DNA from: Bacteroides sp.
Lineage (GTDB): Bacteria > Bacteroidota > Bacteroidia > Bacteroidales > Bacteroidaceae
DNA length: 64,000 bases
Direction: 5' to 3'
Assembly (NCBI GenBank): GCA_017559935.1
Contig: JAFYPV010000128.1
Location: forward strand, 10,735-74,734
In this document: in pieces, positions 1-8,548 of the stretch
Position numbering within the stretch: the stretch's first letter is position 1
How the letters are laid out: the number at the start of each line of letters is the position of its first letter
Notes under the pieces: model-generated
What the model saw: only the letters and a program-made list of their open reading frames with translations
Databases searched by the model: none
Told to the model about the DNA's origin: nothing
Made by a program: the position numbers and the translations under genes

Positions 1-710
1 GAAGTTTGGTACAAAATGAGAGCGGTTTGTATATAGGCTTGGAAACCAATATTTTAAAGTCATTTAAATTATCTACATATGGGGATTTCTTTTACTTCCC
101 ATGGAAAAAATATCAGATGACAAAGAATGGAACAACTGGTTTTGATGGCATAATTCAAATAAATTATTCACCGAGTTATGAACTGGATATGTTCATAAAG
201 TATAGGTATAAAAATAAATACAAGGATTTCACACCTGATGATGGAGAAAAAACAACTATTCCGTATATTCAACAAAAATGGAAATATCAGGTGAGTTATT
301 CACCTATGGATAAATTGCTGTTAAAAACTGTCATTGATATGGTTCATAATGCTTATCAACAACAAGATCCCTCGAAAGGTATTTTGATAAGTCAGAGTAT
401 AGGATATAAATTCAAGAAATTTCCTTTGCAGTTAGATACTAGTGCAGCTTGGTTTTATACGGATGACTATGCTTCCCGTATTAGTATATATGAAAAAGGA
501 TTGCTTTATAGTTTCAGTGTCCCTTCTTTTTATGGACAAGGAGAACGTTTTACGATGAATGCCCGTTATGAGTTAAATGAACACCTTATTTTTCAAGCCA
601 AATATGCGTTGACACATTATCGGGATAGAAATGTAATTGGTTCAGATTTAGAGCAAATCAATGGAAATATGAAAAATGACCTCTATTTGCAATTACGATT
701 AAAATTCTGA
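1..710 (+). CDS. 3' part of an outer-membrane beta-barrel protein, probably the Bacteroidales helix-hairpin-helix (ComEA-like) domain protein; partial at window edge
   Basis: Frame is open from the window edge, with alternating aromatic beta-strands and a C-terminal ...YLQLRLKF barrel signature. Family is from recall. Confidence 0.6.
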   Translation, partial: SLVQNESGLYIGLETNILKSFKLSTYGDFFYFPWKKYQMTKNGTTGFDGIIQINYSPSYELDMFIKYRYKNKYKDFTPDDGEKTTIPYIQQKWKYQVSYSPMDKLLLKTVIDMVHNAYQQQDPSKGILISQSIGYKFKKFPLQLDTSAAWFYTDDYASRISIYEKGLLYSFSVPSFYGQGERFTMNARYELNEHLIFQAKYALTHYRDRNVIGSDLEQINGNMKNDLYLQLRLKF

Positions 711-731
711 GGATAAAATGAAGAAATTCAA

Positions 732-739
732 TATATTTG
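732..739 (+). promoter_or_regulatory. Bacteroidetes sigma-A -7 element (TATATTTG)
   Basis: Matches TAnnTTTG about 20 nt upstream of the ATG at 761. Confidence 0.6.
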
Positions 740-760
740 CTTATCCTTAAAAATAATAAT

Positions 761-1516
761 ATGATGAAAAGAATAATTTTGTGTGCAGTTGCACTTGTGT
801 GCTGTATAATAGGTTTACAAGCACAGACTCAGATTATTGCCCACCGTGGTTTTTGGAAGACAGAAGGTTCGGTACAAAATTCCATTACTGCTTTAGAAAA
901 AGCAACTCAAGGGAAATTTTATGGTTCGGAATTTGATGTTCAAGTAACTTTGGATGGAAAATTGATTGTTAATCATGATAGTAAATTCCAAGGATTTGTC
1001 ATTGCAGAAACACCGTTTTCTAAACTTAAGAAAATACGATTGAACAATGGTGAAAAACTTCCGACATTGAAAAAATATTTGAAGGAAGGAAAGAAGCAGG
1101 ATATACAGTTAATTCTTGAAATAAAATCTCACAAGGATAAAAAAGTTGAGGACAAGGTTGCTTCTGATGTGGTAAAGATGGTGAAAAAAATGGGATTGGA
1201 AAATCAAGTGGAATACATTGCTTTTAGTTTGAATATTTGTGAACAGCTGGTTAAGTTAACACCGGAATCAAAAATAGCTTATTTAAATGGTGATTTGGCT
1301 CCTGCCGAATTGAAAAAGAAAGGTATTAATGGAATTGATTATAATCAGAAAGTATTATTTAATCATCCAGAATGGGTGGAAGAAGCTCATAAATTAGGAA
1401 TGAAAGTCAATGTGTGGACGGTAAATAAAGTTGAGGACATGCAAAAGTTTATTGATATGGGAGTAGATTATATTACTACTGACCATCCTTTGGAAGTTCA
1501 AAAATTGCTTGAATAA
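761..1516 (+). CDS. Glycerophosphodiester phosphodiesterase (GDPD family), secreted
   Basis: IIAHRG, EFDV, VNHD, LEIK, VWTVN and ITTD motifs plus a signal peptide. Start moved to ATG 761. Confidence 0.9.
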   Translation: MMKRIILCAVALVCCIIGLQAQTQIIAHRGFWKTEGSVQNSITALEKATQGKFYGSEFDVQVTLDGKLIVNHDSKFQGFVIAETPFSKLKKIRLNNGEKLPTLKKYLKEGKKQDIQLILEIKSHKDKKVEDKVASDVVKMVKKMGLENQVEYIAFSLNICEQLVKLTPESKIAYLNGDLAPAELKKKGINGIDYNQKVLFNHPEWVEEAHKLGMKVNVWTVNKVEDMQKFIDMGVDYITTDHPLEVQKLLE

Positions 1517-1544
1517 TATTGTCTGGACTACTAAAATTAATGAT

Positions 1545-3710
1545 ATGAAGTTTTTATTAATCTCATTCATTCTGTTATTAACGCAAATACCTTGTTTGGC
1601 TGATTCTGTTATTGGTATTATTCCACAACCACTTTCAATGAATAAAGGGGAAGGGTATTTTACTATTAATAAAGCTACAACTATAACTTGTGATAAGGAT
1701 TTAGGTAAAGCTGCAGAATATTTAGTGGACTATCTTCCATTAAAGTTGAAAAAAGGTAAGAATAATAATTCTGTACGCCTTGTTCTAGATCAAACATTAG
1801 GGGAAGAAGAATATGTATTGTGTGTTAATGGAAAAGGTATCCAAATTAGTGGAGGTAGTTATGGGGCAGTTTTTAATGGCATTCAGTCGTTTTTACAAAT
1901 ACTTCCATCTCAAATATACACAAAAGACAGTGAGTTTCCTTTGGAAGTACCTTATATTGAAGTAAAAGATGCTCCACAATATTCATATCGTGGCTTTTTA
2001 CTTGATGTGGCGCGTACTTTCCAGCCAGTAGAAGAGGTGAAACGTGTTATTGATTACATGGCATATTGTAAATTGAATAAACTTCATTTTCATTTGGTTG
2101 ACTCTCCAGGATGGCGAATAGAATTGAAAAAATATCCACATATGGCAAAAATTGGAGGATTCCGAGGTGGAGATTCACCTTTGCATCCCATATATGGTAG
2201 TTTTGATCAAAAATATGGAGGTTACTATACCCAAGAGGAATTACGAGAAATTGTTGCATATGCTTCACAACGAAATATTGAAGTGATTCCTGAAATAGAT
2301 ATGCCTGGACATAGTAAATCCATAGGAACAGTTCATCCTGATATTCGTTGCAATTATAGTCCCGATACTTCTCATACCAATGGTTTGGATGTACGTGATG
2401 TTTGGTGCGTGGCAAAAGAAAGCAATTATCAGTTAATTGAAGATATTGTAAAGGAATTGGTAGAAATTTTTCCTTCGGAGTATATTCATATTGGTGGTGA
2501 CGAAGTAAGTTTCAAATGGTGGAAAGAATGTCCGGATTGTCAACAGCTCAAAGTTGAAAAAGGATTGCAGAACGAGGCTCAATTGGAACAGTATTTTATT
2601 AATCGTGTAACTGAAATATTGGCTAAATACAATCGTAAATCAATGGTTTGGGATGAGGCAGTTGATGGTGGTCTTTTACCTACAACCACTATGGTAACAG
2701 GATGGCGTGGAGTCAAACATTGTTTGAGAACTACCGAACAAGGTTACCCTACCATTATTATGCCAAGTAGTGTTTTTTATTTAGATAAAAGACAGTCACC
2801 TCATGAACGAGGTCATAATTCAAAAAATGGACTTTCGCTTCAAACTATTTGTGACTTTACTTTCGAAGATGCTGGATTTACAGAAGCTCAACGAAAAAAT
2901 ATTGCTGGCATAGAATCAGCTTTTTGGTCGGAAATATATTTGTCCAACATTTCTTCGGAAGTGCATTTTTCAGATTATTTAGAATATATGATTTTCCCTC
3001 GTTTGTTTGCTGTTTCAGAGATAGCTTGGAGTAAATCTCGCCGATCGTATGATGAGATGGTTTCTTTATTAAAGAATTCGTTTTATTCTAAATTGTCGGC
3101 TTTGAATGCTACTTTCCGTCTTTCTTCTCCAATAGTTAACGTGGAAAATGGAATGATTATAGCATCAGTAGACGATGGTTCTAAACTTTATTATAAGGAT
3201 ATTCGTACCAATGAAGTAAAAGAATATCTTGTACCTTTGGATGTTGCTTTGGCACCTTATATTACTTTTCAAAGTCGTTTAATGAGTGGTCGGAGTGGAG
3301 AAGTTGGTTTACCAGAGTATTATAATTACCTTACTCCGGCATGTAACATAACTTCTTCTCTTCCTTTCCGTGAAAACAGATCTTTGGAACGATGTGAAAC
3401 TTATAAAGGAGATGCTACTTCTACTCGGGCTGCTAAAGCAGGAGATTGGGTTCATTTTACTTTTGACGAGCCTTTGAAAGCTTCTTATATTAAAATTACG
3501 ACTGGATATAAACATCTTTATCGGCGTTTGATTTATAATGGTCATATTGAAGTTTCTTATGATGGTCAGAATTTTACGAATGAAGGAAATCTTTTGAATG
3601 GTCAGTTCATATTACATCCTGATAAGCATATTTATGCTATACGAATTGTGGCAGATGGTATTAGTGATGCTGAAGAATATGTGATTATTCAACCGTTGGA
3701 AATAAAATAG
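1545..3710 (+). CDS. GH20 beta-N-acetylhexosaminidase with a C-terminal accessory domain
   Basis: YRGFLLDVAR, HFHLVD, PEIDMPGH and catalytic HIGGDE motifs; signal peptide from ATG 1545. Confidence 0.9.
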   Translation: MKFLLISFILLLTQIPCLADSVIGIIPQPLSMNKGEGYFTINKATTITCDKDLGKAAEYLVDYLPLKLKKGKNNNSVRLVLDQTLGEEEYVLCVNGKGIQISGGSYGAVFNGIQSFLQILPSQIYTKDSEFPLEVPYIEVKDAPQYSYRGFLLDVARTFQPVEEVKRVIDYMAYCKLNKLHFHLVDSPGWRIELKKYPHMAKIGGFRGGDSPLHPIYGSFDQKYGGYYTQEELREIVAYASQRNIEVIPEIDMPGHSKSIGTVHPDIRCNYSPDTSHTNGLDVRDVWCVAKESNYQLIEDIVKELVEIFPSEYIHIGGDEVSFKWWKECPDCQQLKVEKGLQNEAQLEQYFINRVTEILAKYNRKSMVWDEAVDGGLLPTTTMVTGWRGVKHCLRTTEQGYPTIIMPSSVFYLDKRQSPHERGHNSKNGLSLQTICDFTFEDAGFTEAQRKNIAGIESAFWSEIYLSNISSEVHFSDYLEYMIFPRLFAVSEIAWSKSRRSYDEMVSLLKNSFYSKLSALNATFRLSSPIVNVENGMIIASVDDGSKLYYKDIRTNEVKEYLVPLDVALAPYITFQSRLMSGRSGEVGLPEYYNYLTPACNITSSLPFRENRSLERCETYKGDATSTRAAKAGDWVHFTFDEPLKASYIKITTGYKHLYRRLIYNGHIEVSYDGQNFTNEGNLLNGQFILHPDKHIYAIRIVADGISDAEEYVIIQPLEIK

Positions 3711-3721
3711 ACTAAATAACT

Positions 3722-4282
3722 TTGGCATTAGAAATTATAGGAACAATAATAGGGCTGGTCTATCTCTGGTTGGAGTATAGAGCCAGCATCTATTTATGGA
3801 TAGCCAGCATCATTATGCCTGCTATCTACATTTTCGTTTATTACGAAGCAGGATTATATGCTGATTTCGGAATCAACATCTATTATTTAGGAGCTGCAGT
3901 TTATGGTTGGTTAGTGTGGAAATTCGGACATAAGTCGGATGGCCAATCGAAAGAAATGCCTATTACCCACATGTCTAAGCGTAGTTGGATAAAAGCTGGA
4001 ATTGTTTATCTTATAGCACAGTTTTTAATTGTTTGGGTATTGATACATTATACTGATAGCGATGTGCCTTGGTGGGATGCCTTTACTACAGCATTGAGTA
4101 TTGTAGGAATGTGGATGCTTGCTCGTAAATACTTGGAACAATGGGGTGTATGGATTGTGGTTGATGCAGTTTGTGTGGGTCTTTATATTTATAAAGAGTT
4201 GTATTTTACGGCCGGGCTGTATGGTCTTTATACAATTATAGCTATCTTTGGCTGGTTGAATTGGAAGAAATTAATGAAATGA
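3722..4282 (+). CDS. pnuC: PnuC-family transporter, probably the thiamine transporter PnuT
   Basis: Multi-TM protein with WWDAFTTALS and ARKYLEQW motifs; ATGA overlap with thiamine pyrophosphokinase; TTG start. Confidence 0.85.
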   Translation: MALEIIGTIIGLVYLWLEYRASIYLWIASIIMPAIYIFVYYEAGLYADFGINIYYLGAAVYGWLVWKFGHKSDGQSKEMPITHMSKRSWIKAGIVYLIAQFLIVWVLIHYTDSDVPWWDAFTTALSIVGMWMLARKYLEQWGVWIVVDAVCVGLYIYKELYFTAGLYGLYTIIAIFGWLNWKKLMK

Positions 4283-4890
4283 AAGAGATAGATGCTGTAA
4301 TTTTGGCTAATGGAGATTATCCTTCGGCTACCCTACCTTTACAAATTTTAAAAAAAGCACCTTATGTAGTGTGTTGCGATGGAGGAGCGAATGAATATAT
4401 CGCTCAAGATCATTTGCCAGATGTTATCATAGGCGATGGTGATTCGTTAAGTGAGGAAAACCGTATAAAGTACGCATCGATTATCTATTATAATCCCGAT
4501 CAAGAAACCAATGACCAGACTAAGGCGGTACAGTTCTTATTATCCAAAGGAAAAAAGAAAATTGCGATTGTAGGAGCCACTGGTAAACGGGAAGACCATA
4601 CCATAGGCAACGTCAGTTTATTAATGGAATACATGCGGATGGGTGCCGAAGTTCGTAGCTATACGGATTATGGGATATTTATACCTTGTCAAGGTACATC
4701 TACTTTTGAATGTCGCGTAGGACAGCAATTGTCTATTTTTAATTTTACAGGAAAAGGATTAAAAGCAAAAGGCCTTGCCTACCCGATTTATGATTTCACA
4801 ACCTGGTGGCAAGGCACTTTAAATACTTGTACAGAAACTTCCTTTACCATCGAGGCACAAGGAGAGTATCTATTGTTCATTAATTATTGA
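4279..4890 (+). CDS. thiN: Thiamine pyrophosphokinase
   Basis: CCDGGA, IGDGDS, DQETND and GKREDH motifs. Confidence 0.9.
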   Translation: MKEIDAVILANGDYPSATLPLQILKKAPYVVCCDGGANEYIAQDHLPDVIIGDGDSLSEENRIKYASIIYYNPDQETNDQTKAVQFLLSKGKKKIAIVGATGKREDHTIGNVSLLMEYMRMGAEVRSYTDYGIFIPCQGTSTFECRVGQQLSIFNFTGKGLKAKGLAYPIYDFTTWWQGTLNTCTETSFTIEAQGEYLLFINY

Positions 4891-4894
4891 CGTT

Positions 4895-6391
4895 TTATAG
4901 GTAATCGTTCCAATTAACCAAGCGCATATCACCTTTCTTCAATAAAGCATCATGCATAGCCAATGCTGCATTGATACGATGAGATGTATGTCCCTTTGAA
5001 GCAATTTTCAGGTAATCCCACAAAAGTTCTCTATAGTCAGGATGTGCGCAATTTTCAATAATTTCCTTAGCACGTTCAGCCGGACTCTTGCCGCGAAGGT
5101 CGGCAATACCTTGTTCGGTAATGAGAATATTCACATCGTGTTCAGTCTGGTCGTGGTGAGATACCATCGGAACAATAGCACTGATCTTGCCTTCCTTAGC
5201 CACTGATGGACAAGAGAAGATAGAGATAAATGCGTTACGAGTAAAGTCACCCGAACCACCAACACCGTTCATCATCTTGGTACCGGCAATATGAGTTGAA
5301 TTGACATTACCATAGATATCAGCTTCGATAGCAGTATTCATAGAAATAATACCCAAACGACGTACTACAGCCGGGTGGTTAGAGATTTCTGATGGACGGA
5401 TAATCAATTTGTTTTTGAAGAAATCAAAATCGTCGTAAATGCCTTGCAAACATTCGTTAGTTACACTCAAAGAACAAGTACTACCAAACTTTACACGTCC
5501 GGCACGGATAAGATCCACTACAGCTTCTTGCAATACTTCAGTATACATTTCGAAATCTGGCACATCCGGGTTGCTTCCCAAAGCTCCTAATACAGCATTG
5601 GCGATATTTCCTACACCACTTTGCAACGGCAAGAAAGTAGGAGGAATAATTCCACGTTTCATATCAGAAAGAAGGAATTCTGCTACATTTTGTCCAATCT
5701 TGTCAGTAACAGGATCTGGAGCAGTAAATCCACGTGCTTCATCCGGAATATTTACTTCTACGATACCCACAATCTTCTTCGGATCTACTTGCAAATAAGG
5801 TAAACCGATACGGTCACTTGGATGGTAAACTGGAATTTCACGACGGTAAGGAGGGTCTATTGGTTCATATATATCATGAAGACCAATGCAATCGGTACCA
5901 CGATGGGCAGCGTTCAATTCGATGATGATATGATCGGCCAAGCGTGCAATAGTTGGTGTAATACCACCACCAGCTGTCAAGTAAATCTTACCATCTGGAG
6001 TTACATGGCATGCTTCGATGATTGCTACATTCAATTTACCATAATATCCATAGCGTAATTCTTGCGCCATTTGCGAGAGGTGGATATCATTGTAAGCCAC
6101 TTCACCATTGTTTACCGCCTTGCGGAAGTCCGCATTGGTAGTATAAGGAGCACGATAACGGAGTGCTTTGGCACGAATTAAGGCACCATCAGCAGAGTCA
6201 CCGGTAGATGCACCAGTAAAGATACCTATTTGGAAAGGACGACCGGCAGCATGTTCGGCTTCGGCTATCTTTGCAATTTCAGGAGTGACAGCTTTAGGAG
6301 AACCTGCTGGAGTAAAACCGCTAAGTCCCACATTGTATCCATGTTTGATATAAGTAGCAGCTTCGGCCGCTGAAATAATATTAAATGCCAT
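4895..6391 (-). CDS. Acetyl-CoA hydrolase/succinate CoA-transferase family protein
   Basis: SGFTPAG, LQSGVGNIANAV, GVGGSGDF and ITEQGIADLRG motifs. Confidence 0.92.
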   Translation of the reverse strand: MAFNIISAAEAATYIKHGYNVGLSGFTPAGSPKAVTPEIAKIAEAEHAAGRPFQIGIFTGASTGDSADGALIRAKALRYRAPYTTNADFRKAVNNGEVAYNDIHLSQMAQELRYGYYGKLNVAIIEACHVTPDGKIYLTAGGGITPTIARLADHIIIELNAAHRGTDCIGLHDIYEPIDPPYRREIPVYHPSDRIGLPYLQVDPKKIVGIVEVNIPDEARGFTAPDPVTDKIGQNVAEFLLSDMKRGIIPPTFLPLQSGVGNIANAVLGALGSNPDVPDFEMYTEVLQEAVVDLIRAGRVKFGSTCSLSVTNECLQGIYDDFDFFKNKLIIRPSEISNHPAVVRRLGIISMNTAIEADIYGNVNSTHIAGTKMMNGVGGSGDFTRNAFISIFSCPSVAKEGKISAIVPMVSHHDQTEHDVNILITEQGIADLRGKSPAERAKEIIENCAHPDYRELLWDYLKIASKGHTSHRINAALAMHDALLKKGDMRLVNWNDYL

Positions 6392-6408
6392 AATGATAGT
6401 ATATTTTA

Positions 6409-6765
6409 TTAGTATTTACGGTTGAATATTTCTGAATAAATAAAAGCTCTTTTGGCTTCCTCACGACAACTCAGACTAATTTTTTTTGTATTCTTTTTAG
6501 AAGAAGAATCAATGTTTGGTTTGTCAGCAGATTGAGTGGTAGTTGGAATCTTATGTGGAGTTCTTTTTAGTGAAGAATTAGTTTTTGAAGTACTTTTTTG
6601 CTCAAAAACAGTGGTTTCCTGAACTTCGTGAATATCAGGAAACATATCTTCTAATACTTCTTGTGGAGAAGCATTAGTTGGTTTCTTTTTATTTTTTGCA
6701 TTTTGTCCTACCACGGCAATAACCATGGCTCCTACAAAAATCAATATTTGCATTATATCTTCCAT
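6409..6765 (-). CDS. Conserved Bacteroidales hypothetical protein with N-terminal membrane anchor
   Basis: N-terminal TM segment, low-complexity linker and C-terminal AFIYSEIFNRKY. Confidence 0.75.
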   Translation of the reverse strand: MEDIMQILIFVGAMVIAVVGQNAKNKKKPTNASPQEVLEDMFPDIHEVQETTVFEQKSTSKTNSSLKRTPHKIPTTTQSADKPNIDSSSKKNTKKISLSCREEAKRAFIYSEIFNRKY

Positions 6766-6834
6766 AGAAAGATAAATTTAAGGATATGAGACAAAGTTAG
6801 AAATTAATTTCCTATTTATACAATAAAAAGAAAT

Positions 6835-6914
6835 AAAAAAAGGAAGATAAACTTTGCAGCTATCTTCCCTAATTTTAACCTAAACCTTAACTATGAAAAA
6901 ATCTAATTTTTTCG
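6835..6914 (-). ncRNA. Candidate ~80-nt sRNA with core UUUUUUCAUAGUUAAGGUUUAGGUUAA and its own intrinsic terminator
   Basis: On the minus strand: degenerate -7 box (CATATTTG, 6920-6927), the core, hairpin GGAAGATA...TATCTTCC and a U-run. No ORF. Confidence 0.55.
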
Positions 6915-7062
6915 GCTTGCAAATATGCATAATCTGATTGGAATATTTGTTTAATGTAGCCATAAAATATATTCTTTATTATAATTATTTAACGATAAGG
7001 GTATATATCTTTCATATATTAGAATATTTATGTAAATTTGTAGTAAATTGAAATGATAAAGT

Positions 7063-8289
7063 ATGAAGCCTATATATGCTCCTTTTGCGAGTCCTTTATA
7101 TGTAATGTCGAAACCTATAGGTTCCGCTTGTAATTTGGCATGTGATTATTGTTATTATTTGGAGAAGTCTCATTTGTATAAAACTTTTCCTAAACAAGTA
7201 ATGAGTGACGAATTGTTGGAGAAGTTTATTCGTGAATACATTGCTTCGCAAACAATGCCACAAGTTAATTTTACTTGGCATGGAGGAGAATCATTGATGC
7301 GCCCTCTATCTTTTTACAAGCGGGTAGTAGAACTGCAAAGGCGTTATGCTGGAGGGCGATCAATAGATAATTGTATTCAGACCAATGGAACTTTGTTGAC
7401 CGATGAGTGGTGTGAATTTTTTCGTGAAAACAATTGGTTAGTAGGGGTGTCGATTGATGGACCACAGGAATTTCATGATGAATATCGTCGGAATCGTCAG
7501 GGAAGACCATCTTTTATAAAAGTGATGCAAGGCATCAATCTATTGAAGAAACATGGTGTGGAGTGGAATGGAATGGCGGTAGTCAATGATTACAATGCTG
7601 ATTATCCTTTGGAATTCTATCGTTTTTTTAAAGAAATAGGTTGTCATTATATTCAGTTTGCACCGATTGTGGAGCGTATTTTTCGTCATACAGATGGACG
7701 TTATTTGGCTACTCCTCTTCAATCGGGTGATAAGTTGGCCGATTTTTCTGTTACTTCGGAACAATGGGGGAATTTCCTTTGTACGCTTTTCGATGAATGG
7801 GTACGCCAGGATGTAGGTACTTATTTTATTCAATTGTTTGATTCAACATTGGCCAACTGGGTAGGCGAGCAACCTGGTGTTTGTTCTTTGGCCAAAACTT
7901 GCGGTCATGCTGGAGTAATGGAATTTAATGGTGATGTTTATTCGTGTGACCATTTCGTTTTTCCAGAATTCAAATTAGGGAATATCTATGAAAAGACATT
8001 GGTAGAAATGATGTATAGTGAACGCCAACAGTCTTTTGGTCAAGATAAACAGCGCAGTCTTCCCAAGCAATGTAAAAAATGTGAATTCCTTTTTGCTTGT
8101 AATGGAGAATGTCCAAAGAATCGTTTTATTCAAACCAGCGATGGAGAGCCTGGTTTAAATTATTTGTGCGAAGGTTATTATAAATTCTTTCAGCATGTAG
8201 CTCCTTATATGGATTTTATGAAGAAGGAATTATTGGCCGAGCGTGCTCCAGCTAATGTTATGGAAGCGATTCGTAAGGGGGATTTATAG
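7063..8289 (+). CDS. Anaerobic sulfatase-maturating radical SAM enzyme (anSME/ChuR family)
   Basis: CNLACDYC radical SAM motif, WHGGE and SPASM cysteines (YSCDH, CxxC...CNGECP). Confidence 0.95.
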   Translation: MKPIYAPFASPLYVMSKPIGSACNLACDYCYYLEKSHLYKTFPKQVMSDELLEKFIREYIASQTMPQVNFTWHGGESLMRPLSFYKRVVELQRRYAGGRSIDNCIQTNGTLLTDEWCEFFRENNWLVGVSIDGPQEFHDEYRRNRQGRPSFIKVMQGINLLKKHGVEWNGMAVVNDYNADYPLEFYRFFKEIGCHYIQFAPIVERIFRHTDGRYLATPLQSGDKLADFSVTSEQWGNFLCTLFDEWVRQDVGTYFIQLFDSTLANWVGEQPGVCSLAKTCGHAGVMEFNGDVYSCDHFVFPEFKLGNIYEKTLVEMMYSERQQSFGQDKQRSLPKQCKKCEFLFACNGECPKNRFIQTSDGEPGLNYLCEGYYKFFQHVAPYMDFMKKELLAERAPANVMEAIRKGDL

Positions 8290-8299
8290 GATAGATATA

Positions 8300-8340
8300 A
8301 CGAAAAAGACTCATAAACAATGTTTATGAGTCTTTTTCGT
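8300..8340. terminator. Bidirectional terminator between anSME and tRNA-Gln
   Basis: Perfect 20-bp arms ACGAAAAAGACTCATAAACA / TGTTTATGAGTCTTTTTCGT. Confidence 0.8.
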
Positions 8341-8341
8341 G

Positions 8342-8412
8342 TTGGACTACCAGGATTCGAACCTGGACAAACAGAACCAAAACCTGTTGTGCTACCATTA
8401 CACCATAGTCCA
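8342..8412 (-). tRNA. tRNA-Gln(TTG)
   Basis: Minus strand TGGACTA...GGTGTAATGGTAGCAC, anticodon arm ACAGG-TTTTGGT-TCTGT, T-loop GGTTCGAATCC, TAGTCCA-A. CCA not encoded. -7 box at 8443-8450. Confidence 0.97.
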
Positions 8413-8548
8413 ATCATCATGTGCTTTCCTTGAAAAGCGATGCAAAGGTAGGGTTTTTCTATATATCCTCCAAATAAATTCATATTTTTTTTAAAGTTTT
8501 CCTCGTTTTTTTCTACTTTTGTCAATATTAATCTTAAATATGCTGGAA

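Noticed and set aside
8342-8412. tRNA-Gln as the attachment site of an island
   Set aside because: I saw no duplicated tRNA 3' end and no integrase in the window.
8205-8525. 106-aa minus-strand ORF
   Set aside because: It runs through tRNA-Gln and its terminator.
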